This document shows, one piece after another, positions 54,040-64,000 of a DNA stretch of 64,000 nucleotides. Within the stretch, counting starts at the first letter, position 1. Each line of letters begins with the position of its first letter. Both the position numbers and the translations under genes were made by a program. Origin of the DNA: Lama glama (lineage: Eukaryota); the NCBI GenBank assembly GCA_028534125.1, contig CM052817.1, forward strand, positions 75,518,001 to 75,582,000. Direction: 5' to 3'. The notes below the pieces were generated by a model. That model saw nothing but the letters and a program-made list of their open reading frames with translations. It was not told the DNA's origin and did no database searches.

Positions 54040-54192
54040 GTAAAGAGCACTAGAGACAGTTTACTTTCAGCTGGCAAAGTCCTATCTTGGATACATCAAG
54101 TCTTTATCATAATTTAATTCATATGGCTCTTGACCACCTTTCCCTCCATAAGATATAATACTGGTTCATTACATTAATGACATTATTCTGAT
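54040..54192 (+). mobile_element. ERVL pol reverse-transcriptase remnant
   Basis: Translates in pieces to QFTFSWQ and DIILVHYINDIIL, matching ERVL RT QFAFSWQ and LVHYIDDIML. Confidence 0.8.
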
Positions 54193-54199
54193 GAATCTA

Positions 54200-54615
54200 T
54201 TTAGGTCTTCTAAATATGATGTTGAACAGGAATAGTGGAGGGAGACATTCTTGCCTTATTCCCAGTCTAAGAGGGAAAGTGGTCATCTCTCACCATTAAG
54301 TATGATGTACATATAGATTTTTGTATGTAATCTGTTTTTGTGGTAAGGAAGTTTCCTTCTATTACTAGTATTTGGGAATTTTTTCCAACATTTATCACAA
54401 ATAAGTGTTGAATTTAGCTTAAAGCTTTCTATGCATCTTATGATTTATCTTTCACACTCTGCTAACTTCATGAATTACATTTATTTACTCATTAATGTTG
54501 AACTAGCCTCCTGTTCTTGAAGTAAACCACACATAGTCATGATGTCTTATACCTTGTATGTACTACTATATTTGATTTGATAACATTTTATTAAGGATTA
54601 TTGCATCTTTGCTCA
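54200..54615 (-). mobile_element. L1 ORF2 (RT region) fragment
   Basis: tatgatgttgaacaggaatagtggagggagacattcttgccttattccc...aggaagtttccttctattactagt. Confidence 0.8.
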
Positions 54616-54944
54616 TCTGTAATAACATTTAATAGTTTCCTTCTAGTTAGAAAAATGTTGATTACTGAAATATGAAAGAGATAGTATGGATGAATTAATG
54701 TACTAAATAATAATATTACCATGCACAAAAAATGCTATTCTGAATCAAACTAATTTTTTCACAAAAATTAAGTAGTACATTATGTATATATATTTTAAAT
54801 TCAGAATGTATTTTAATGTGTCTATTATTTTAAAACACCATGTTTGTGTAGTGTTTAAGTATATGGATTGCACGGGTGATGTAAAATAAAATACCAACGT
54901 AGGCTGACATATAGTTCAATTAAGCATTATTATACAGGAACACA

Positions 54945-55320
54945 GATAAATAGCTTTGGAGTCAGCACATTTAAAATGTGAATCCTGGCTCTATGATATG
55001 AACCTTAGAAAATTCTTTGCTATCTCATCAGGTCAACAGAACAAGTAATCCTATGTCAGTCATGGGGTTGTTCTGGATTATGTGACATATGTATTTTAAA
55101 TTCCCAGTGTGAGCAAAGGGAAATATATACAAGATCTTGTGGTAGCTCACAGTGAAAAAAAATGTGGCAATCAATATATGTATGTTCATGTATAACTGAA
55201 AAATTGTGCTCTACACTGGAAATTGAGACAACATTGTAAAATGACTATAACTCAATAAAAGAATGTTAAAAAAAAGAAAAAAATTCCCAATGTGATTCTG
55301 ACCCATAATAAATGTGTATT
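54945..55320 (+). mobile_element. MIR SINE split by a young L1 insertion
   Basis: gctttggagtcagc...tgaatcctggctct...ggttgttctggattatgtgaca. Confidence 0.55.
55113..55280 (+). mobile_element. Very short young L1 3' end with 15-bp TSD
   Basis: TSD aaattcccagtgtga (55098-55112) and aaattcccaatgtga (55281-55295); TT/AAA endonuclease-type site; body matches the 12.1-kb copy. Confidence 0.9.
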
Positions 55321-56065
55321 CGTTTACTCAATAACCATTTACTGTGCCTAGTCTTCTACTACAGTTAATAGGCATAAATTGAAAATAAAGAAGCCATTAT
55401 TCTAGCTCTAAAGATGATTATGGCTAGTAATTTTGAGAAAGATAATTTGATGAATAAAGGTTTGTGGCAATTAATCAAAGCCTTTTTTGATTTGATTTAA
55501 AAAATGCCAAGCAGAGACTCCAAAGAGCTAGGCGTTTCCCAAAGTTTCAGCAATCTACTGAGTGACCACACCCTAACAAATTGTATTTTCAATCATTTGC
55601 CCTGAAATATGTGGAATTATGTGTTTGGAAAGATGTTAACTTTTGCCACAAATTGTCTTTTTCCTAATCTGGATATGTTTTAAGAAATAAACTCAGTTTT
55701 GATACTCTGTTACCATAATTGCCAAACAAATACACAATTGACAGATAAATGTAAACACTTGGAAATGACAAATTTAAGTTATCTGCATTTTAAACACATA
55801 TGTTAAACTAAATACAGATTCTTTGAGAGCCTGATACTTTAATGAAACTTGAAAACTAGGTATATTAGCTTTAGTATACTTAAAGGGTTAATTAAGCTAA
55901 TATAAAAGGGAGCTGATTTAATAATTCCATTGTCATGTATTCCTTAAAGTTCCTTTATTCTTTAAAGTCTGAATTTTGACAAGGATTTCACCTAATCTTG
56001 AGTAGTTGAATTTTAAAATTAAAATTTTACATATAACAGTAGATATCCTTTTATTATATGAATAG

Positions 56066-56076
56066 AAACCTAACAG
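56066..56076 (+). other. Candidate 11-nt microexon (aaacctaacag)
   Basis: Acceptor ccttttattatatgaatag| and strong donor CAG|gtaagc. Confidence 0.2.
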
Positions 56077-58809
56077 GTAAGCGGACTTAGAATATAGGAA
56101 ATATATGAAGAAACTGATATTGCAAAATATGAAGTGACTTAACCAAGGAATGTGCATTATATTTCTCCCAATCTTTCTCATCAAAATTTCATGTGAACTT
56201 TATCTGCAGGTTTTCATGTGAACTGTTGTTTTTATATGTACCTAAGTAGCAGGAATAAATGGAGATGTTATTATTATCAGTGTATTGATCTATAATGGGT
56301 GACTGCACACAAGCAGTAACGCATTAGACAAGAAACAGGCTGTTTTTCTGCATTAGCTGTGAGGTGTTAGGACAGGTAAAACAATGACAGCAATATCAAT
56401 ATATCACCTCCAGGTGACAGCAGAAATAAGAAAGCTATTGATTTTATAACATCTTTAAAATCAGGCATAAATCATTGTCTTATGAAGAAAATGACGTATT
56501 TATTTATTTCAAACCTGGCATTTTACATGATTTATATGTCACTTATAATGACATGTTCTACTTCCCGCATTCGAGATTTAAGAGTACCAATAGAGGTATA
56601 CATTTCAAGATGACAACACAAGCAGATGAATTTCATCACGTATTTTTTAAATGTTTAAAGAAAAGAGCAAGGGAACATAATAGAAAAGAAAAATAATAGT
56701 AACAGATATGCATTATTTCTTGAAATTAGGGAAGAAGGTTGCTCACAGAACTGCCATTTCTAATTATTTCTGTAAGCTATCATAATTGCCCTCAGTGAGG
56801 GGTCTGACAATTTGACTGAAAACAAACAAATAAAAACTTAAAAGACATTGATCTGGGCATTAAGTTGGAATCTCAGCAATTCATGACATCAGGGAGCAGG
56901 GGAATTAAAATAAGAACTCAAAACAGAGAGAGGGAGAAGAAAAATAACAATTAAGATCAATTTACATGAAATTATATATAAAAAGCATAGACAAATGTGC
57001 TCTGGTGAATATCTCACGAAGAGAGAGAAAAATATGTGTGCCACGTATAAGGTTATTACAAGGTAAAATGTATGATTAGTTTGGGGTTCCTGTACCAAAA
57101 TAAATGAATAAATGAAAATGGAGCAAATTGTAGAGAGTGTAAGGAAAAATATGACCAGTTTTATCTAAATAGTCAGATTTTGAGTGTCCTAACATTCAGA
57201 ACTGGAAAAAATAAAATAAAAATTCTGGCTGAGTTAAAATATTAAAACAAAGCTAAAGGATTTTTTTTTTGCCTTCCTCTTCTTCAGATATGAGTAATGA
57301 AGCACAGTCCAGATTGATTCACTATTTCCTATGCTAAATTAAGAGAATGAAAATAGACATTTTGCCCATCATATTTTATTAGAAACTCCATGCCTCTGCT
57401 TATATTACCAAAGTGGGTCCACAGGTTTTCTAACATTTTCATTTGTAATCTGTTTTACTTTTTTATTTTTTTCGTAACACTACATAAGTGGGTATAAAGC
57501 AATGAAAACCTATGTTAAGAAAAGTGATCATCTTTAATTTGGCAGAATACTTTCATACAAATGTCACCCTTGACACATAACTAGACATTAATTAGATCAA
57601 GAGTACAAGCAAGGCATTTAGTTTTATGGAAAGAGCATGGGCAAAATACTTTGGAGGTGGACTTCCTTAAACAGAAAGGAGGTTATTGTGGGAAAATCTT
57701 ACATATCATGGAATCAAAAATTTCAGAAGTAGAGAAACTTTGAGGAGAATTTACTCCAGTATCCCAGTTTCCCTAAAAGGGAAAACCGACAATCAATTAA
57801 TGATTCTGCCTTATACCACATAGGCAAAATAGAAAAACAACTATAGCTGTGTTCAAGTTTCTTGATTCCAAGTCTAATATCTTTATACTCTCACTAAGGT
57901 GAAGATTAGCAGGTAACCTATGTTTTGCACACCTGTGTACAGGTGACTTAAGCTTTATTCCTTTATAAATTTTAAGATCCAAGCCTCTTTACTAAGTGTG
58001 ATTTATATTATTTTGTTAAAAGGAAAATATTAATTCAATGTATTTTTTCAGAAATGCTTATTTTTACTAAATATCAATAACTGGATGAAAATGAACACCT
58101 CTTCTTCCATCTCCTGAACCATAAGGTTTGCTAACTCTACACAGCTGTTGAAATTTAAATAACTGGCATGTGGGGACAGGGTGAAATTTAGCCTTTTCAA
58201 GCAGTTTGTTTTTTTTTTTTTTTTTTTGCAGTGACATATTGTCTCATCAACACATCTAGGAGCGTCTATTTTTGAAATGCTTCACTTATCACTTGTGGAG
58301 TGTTGAAATGGAACCTATTTTTTCCCCAAAGAGAACATTCCTTGCAAAGACAGATTGTCTCATCTGCATTAAGAAACTGTCCCTCATGAAATGTTCTGTC
58401 TATTGAGACAGCACATGCTTTCTCTCTGCAGAAACTGAATATGTAAAGATTGGAACTTTATTCTTGAATGATATTTTCGTCATGAGCTAATAATTTAACT
58501 GTTTGGGTTTACATTCTCTATTAAAGTCAATTATTGTACTTCAAGGCCTATTTCTGTACAAAGAGATGGGCAATTTAGAAACAGACTGACTACTGAGATT
58601 GCAAGTAAAATTTTCCTTCCCCACCATACCGAAAAAAAAAAATGTACATTAGGGATCTTGTGACAGATGAAGGGATTATGTTAAGTTGAAGAACATACCG
58701 ATGGGGAGAAGCTGAGGGACTTTGGAACATTTCAGACAATGAAGTGTCCTTTCTGGGCATAGAAAAGGCCTAAAATAGAGCACATCAGGAGCGAGTGCAG
58801 CCTCTGATG

Positions 58810-59010
58810 ACACACAGTGTAGGCTCAAACTTCAGATGAACTACTTCCTGACTGATGACATTGGCAAGTCACTCAACCACCATAACTCTCAGTTTCTCTG
58901 TGTGTGTGTCTGTGTGTCTGTATGAGTTTAATGTACAGGATAAGGATAATAATGGTGTTTTGTGGCTATTGAAAGTACTTCAGCATACAGTATGCTTAGT
59001 GTATACTGCT
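58810..59010 (+). mobile_element. MIR SINE fragment
   Basis: tgacattggcaagtcactcaacc...ctctcagtttctc...aaagtacttcagcatacagt. Confidence 0.55.
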
Positions 59011-59049
59011 TGGAAAGGAGTAAAATCTACTTACGGCTTTTTAACACAG

Positions 59050-59380
59050 ACTTTTTTATGAAGTATAATATTCATTCTGAAGACATTGAAGTTATAATTT
59101 AAAAGCTCAATATTTTTTAACCAAATGAACCTCATGTAACCAGCCATGCAGTCAACATTCAAATCAAAACAGTGAATATTCCCAATACTCTCACAGATTG
59201 TTGAAATAGAACCTGTGTTTTTCCCTAAAGCCTTCCTTCCCTGCTTCGCATCACTACCCCTGCAAGGCTAATCCTGACATCTAACTATAAATTTCTTTAG
59301 CCTGTGGCTGATTTTCTATAGATAGAATTATACTATATGGACTCTTTTCTGTCTGGCTATTTTCACCCAACATTTTCTGA
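59050..59380 (-). mobile_element. L1ME-like 3' end
   Basis: tgaagtataatattcattc...aatcctgacatctaac...atagaattatactatatggactcttttctgtctggct. Confidence 0.65.
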
Positions 59381-60479
59381 TGTACTCTCAAGGCATCCAG
59401 GAGGTGGAAGGGGGCTGACAAACAAGTAAATCTAGCTGTTTCTCAGTCACAAGTGGAGAAGATCAAATTGATACTTTTTCCTTTACAGCATCATTCAATT
59501 ACAGGTAAAAATAGCAATATTTACTAAAATTCATAAAAGTTACATACAAAACTTTATACTGTTTATGTTTCCTTCTTATTGAAAGATGCAGTTAGGTTTT
59601 AGAATGATAAAGCAACATTAGATATGATAGTCATAGTTAAAAATGACCCTGGACTGAGTCTGGCTTGATAATTTAATAGCTCTATGACCAGAGGGCAGAG
59701 TGTTCAAGGACTCTGTACTTTGTTTTCTTTTCATTTGTGAAACAAAGATAATTTTACTAGAGGATCCTAAGCTGTTATCCCTGTTTCTTAACAGAATGTT
59801 TATACTTTTGTCTGTATGTCCTTTGAAATGTATAAATTTCTCCAAATTTGTGTTTATGTCCTTTAGTTGGGTGAGTATGTCTCATCCACTCTACTGCCTT
59901 TTTTAATGAGACAGTGTATTTTTAATTTGCAAAATATATAAATATAGCTAGATATACATGAAGTTATAAATGATCTTCCAGTGTTTCCAATGAGATGTTT
60001 TCATAGACACCTGTTCTTGTTACTTTTACTTGTTATCATTTCATGAAATCTTTCTCTGTCTTAGTCATTATGTTTTATTTGTATTTTTGAACATCTTAAA
60101 TGAATTTCTTCTAATATGGTTGTTATGTAGAATTAATTTATAATTAATTGAGGTTGAATTATATGTTGATTACTTATTTATATCATTGGCTTTCTTAATA
60201 TTAAAATTTTTCCCATTAGATGGGACTTAATTTATAAGTTCCTTTTTAGTGATAGAAGATGTTGATGTTACTTCTCTCTGAAAGTATTGTGTAATTGTTT
60301 CCTCCTAATCCCCAGTGAAGAGCTAGGTGTTATAATATCAGTTGATGTTGCTGTACTTTTATGATTGATTGGGTATTATACAACCAGTTACTGAATTGAT
60401 ACTAAGTTTCTGGGTGTTTTGATCCACTTTTCCCTTTCTTTCCTCTTTCTTCTTGCTCTCCTTCACAGGAGTCAAATCT

Positions 60480-61490
60480 TTATTTCAGTCTGACAGCCCT
60501 TATAGCCTCATCTAGTTCTCTTTTCCCTGTATTTTTCTCATCAGCATTTTTTTCCCAGTAAATCTTGTTCTTCTAATATCATCTTGGTGTCTGCATCACA
60601 GAAGACCAGGACTAGCCCACTGGATGTCCCTTATAAGGACATGGTGTTATACTTGCATCTTTTCCTACTAAGAAAGAACAGTGATTGGCAGGTCTCTTTG
60701 GATTATGGATGCAAAATACATTGCACTTGAGGCACTTAAAGGATCAAATGAAAGAATGCCATTTTTGAGTGAACATGAGAGGAATAGTTGGCTTTGTAGC
60801 AGGTCCTGGTCCATGGTGATATGACTTGGCGTGATCTTATGTTGCTAGAGAAATCTGTGGTAGATAGAGTTATCTTTGCATCAAATCACATCTATGATAT
60901 CATGGAGAATACTCTATGACCAACTGCTAGAGGAGGAAAATAAACCAAGTCTGATTTATGCAAAGATCAGTTCTATGCGTTTCCACAAGTTGACTGTCAG
61001 CTTCTATCATACTACAGCCTCACACATTGGTGGCCCTGCAAAACTGTGGTCACAGTAAATTCTTCCAGTGTATAACAATGGTGATCCACTGCATTAGAAA
61101 AAGAACTGCTTGAGGTTAGGTTACACATGAACTCCTATACTGTGATGAATGGTGTGGCTGTTTGATCAGGGGCTTAGAAGGAGAAAAATTGGTAGATTTT
61201 TTTGTGGAGGTAGGGAGGACATAGAGAAAGAGCATGGTAATAAACCTTGAGAGTGGTCGTGGAGTATAATATGAGGATCATTGTGTGTCTCATTAATGAT
61301 CACTAGAAAACACCCCCTGCAGAAGATGCACTAAACCAGGTAAACAGGTTGATTGGTCCAGTAGCTGTCATGCAGCTTCTGTGTTCAAACACCCTAGTTT
61401 TTACACAGTGAGTTCATGGATCTCCATGCATGGTGGTAGATACCCATAGTCATGGTGGTAGAGATAAGAACTGTGCAAAGGCTTCAATAA
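60480..61490 (+). mobile_element. ERVL LTR 3' end (to about 60620) followed by degenerate ERVL pol (RT-connection/RNase H) remnant
   Basis: catcttggtgtctgcatcacagaagaccaggactagc LTR end; GLFGLW (compare ERVL GLFGFW) and YDQLLEEENK (compare PYDQLTEEEK). Confidence 0.72.
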
Positions 61491-61887
61491 TATTGTTATT
61501 TTTATATAAATGAAACTATATATGAGAGGAGACACATTATGAATTCCTGTACATATTAGGAATTTTTCTTAATTTCACTGACTCAGAGTGTCAGAATTCC
61601 AGGAAATGGAAGCAAAATTTGTCAGCGCATTAAAGCAAGGTTGAAAGGCTTCCAGGTCTAGTGTTTATGTTGAGATCATTGGATCAACCTGCAGTTCCAC
61701 AAATGAGCTCTTCTGAGAATGGGATGCTCTTACATGTTTACAAGAAACCTAAGCCAAGGGCAGTTTTCAAAATAACGTAGATTAATAGTCTATACATCGT
61801 AAGAGGATAAATAAGAGAACAATGAATAAGGCTTATAAAATAAGGAAAATAAAGCAGAATTCATAGAGTTCAGAAAATAAACACACT

Positions 61888-62311
61888 CCCTGGAGAATGC
61901 CATTCTAAGTGAAGTAAGCCAGAAAGACAAAGAAAAATATCATATGATATCACTCATATGTGGAATCTAAAAAAAAAGGGGGGAGAGAGAAAGAGAGACA
62001 AATGAACTTATATATAAAACAGAAACAGACTCACAGACATAGAATACAGACTTGTGGTTGCCAGGTGGGTGGTCTGTGGGAAGGAATAAACTGGGAGTTC
62101 AAGATTTTCAGATACTGACAGATATATATAAAATAGATAAACAAGTTTATACTGTATAGCACAGGAAAATATATTCAATAGTAGTAGCTCGCAGTGAAAA
62201 AGAATATGAAAATGAATATATGTATATTCATGTATGACTGAAGAATTATGCTGTACACCAGAAATTGACACAACCTTGTAAATGGACTATAACTCAATAA
62301 AATAAATAAAT
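61888..62311 (+). mobile_element. Young 5'-truncated L1 3' end with 13-bp TSD
   Basis: TSD aaataaacacact at 61875-61887 and 62312-62324; (aaat)n tail; homologous to the 12.1- and 55.1-kb copies. Confidence 0.92.
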
Positions 62312-62394
62312 AAATAAACACACTTCTGAAAAAGACCTCCTTCTGAGGGCAGAAAAAAACTTCAGGAAACTGTAATCTGTGAAAGTTTATTACC

Positions 62395-62880
62395 CCTTAA
62401 ATGTGCTATTGAATTTGATTTGCTAGTGTCATGTTAAGGATTTTTATATCAACATTCATCAGTGATACTGGCCTATAATGTTCTCTTTTTGTAGTGTCTT
62501 TGTTTCTGTTATCAGAATAATGCATGCTCACCTCTTAGAATAAATTTGGAAGTGCTTACTCTTTTCGATTTTGGGGAAGCAATTGAGAAGGATTGGCATT
62601 AATTCTTCTTTAAATGTATGGTAGAATTTACCAGTGAAGCCATCTGGTATTGGGCTTTCCTTTGTTACAAAGTGTTTGATTATTGATCAGACTCTTTCCT
62701 ATATATAGGTCTGTTCAAATTTTCTGTTTCTTCATGATACATTCTTGATAGGTTGTATGTTTCTAGGAATTTATCCTTTGTGTCTAGGTTATCTAATTTG
62801 TTGTTATATAGTTCATAGTCTCTTATAACCCTTTTTATTTCTGTGGCATTAATTGCAACATCTTATCTTTCATTTCTGAT
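62395..62880 (-). mobile_element. L1 ORF2 fragment
   Basis: ggattggcattaattcttctttaaatgtatggtagaatttaccagtgaagccatctgg. Confidence 0.88.
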
Positions 62881-63589
62881 TATAGTTAACAATACTGTGC
62901 TGTACACTTAAAAATTTAAGAGAGTAGTTCTCATGTTATGTGTTCTTACCAAAATTTTTTTATTAAGTGAATTAGGAACAAGGCATGCATGGAAAGTACC
63001 ATAAGGCTGTAAAGAAAAAGGATCAAATAAAAGGCCCCCAAGATGTGATGATAAATCAATGGTATTAAAATAAAGAAGAAGGAAATAAAATGAAATAGGT
63101 ATTCATGTGATAAGGGAGAATTCAAAAGTGAATTAAAAGTCAACTCAAAATTTTCCTGTAGATGTTACAATGAAGCAAATTGTACTGTATTTGCTCCCTG
63201 AAACCAAATTATAAGAAGAAAAACACTAAATATTGAGCATCCCATTTATAACAAAATTAGAAAAAGTTCTAAGTCCCTTACATAGATACCAAAACTTTAT
63301 TTTTTTAAATGTAAACTTGAACTATGATAGAATTGAAAAAGAAATTTAAAAAAATCAATTATGGATAGAGAAGATTTGAACAACATAATTAGATAATTAG
63401 ACTGATGGGTGACCACATATACATACATATGCACACACCAAAAGAGAGGATGAAATAAGACAGAAATGTATATCTCTCTTATAAAAAATGTCTTGATGTA
63501 GCTGGTATAGGATTGATATGGCATTCTAAAGTGTTAAGACCGCCAGACTTCCTTTAACTCATTGCTTTATTTAACCTAATATGTAGTTT

Positions 63590-63760
63590 TCTAAGGATTC
63601 ATGGTATCTTAGACTCATGGTCCAAGATGGCTGTTGAAGTTCTAGCCGTGAAGTCTACATTCAAGCCATTTCAGATTTAGGAATCTACGTAAAAGTATCA
63701 CGTAATATTCCTGCTGACATCTCATTAGTTAAAATTTAGTCATATGATCAAAGATTGCCC
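63590..63760 (-). mobile_element. Old MaLR LTR fragment (MLT1J/K-like)
   Basis: catggtccaagatggctg...ctacattcaagcca...ctgctgacatctcattagttaaaatttagtcatatg. Confidence 0.55.
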
Positions 63761-64000
63761 CGTGTCTTTCACAATCATTTTTTAAACTATTGTATCATAG
63801 AGAATTGCTACTGGAATCACAATAAGATATGGTTAATAAGTAAAACATAGGAAATTGTTTCTAGAGAAAAATGGTAGTTGTTGTGATTGAAGAGATGATG
63901 TGACCACAGAGATGATTTCAAATGTGTTGGTAATACAGTGGGTGCATGTCTGCTAATGTTACTATTATTTTAAATGGCATATATTTACATACTTGCATAT

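Noticed and set aside
5749..57337. Assigning the micro-exon chain to known small-exon genes (TRDN, RIMS2, PTPRQ, PCDH15)
   Set aside because: Only 3-4 residue coincidences with the sequences I recall; no gene symbol can be supported.
1..64000. CRISPR arrays, operons, rRNA genes, CpG-island promoter
   Set aside because: Mammalian repeat-rich, CpG-depleted DNA with no regularly spaced repeat-spacer structure or rRNA-like sequence seen.

Overview
AT-rich, CpG-poor mammalian genomic DNA, most likely camelid (alpaca/camel group). This is inferred from three tRNA-Ala-like SINEs of Vic-1 type and several young, mutually similar L1 3' ends. Much of the window is interspersed repeat: old L1M/L2/MIR fragments, MaLR/ERVL LTRs with ERVL pol remnants, a nested ERV1 cluster at about 37.4-42.1 kb, a complete Tigger2-type MITE and MER58/MER5/MER3 hAT elements. 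The only confidently identified gene-derived feature is a full-length processed RPLP1 pseudogene (minus strand, 237-742) with poly-A, an 18-bp TSD, a premature stop and an 18-nt deletion. No long intact CDS exists; almost all ORF-track entries are chance ORFs or repeat fragments. The most intriguing, unproven signal is a series of very small plus-strand exon-like segments (9, 9, 44, 33, 15, 53, 29 and 11 nt plus a terminal exon) in non-repeat DNA that splice into one open frame over about 52 kb. A probable L1 3' transduction is nested inside another L1. Repeat family names are from recalled consensus sequences, not from a database search, and boundaries of old repeats are approximate.
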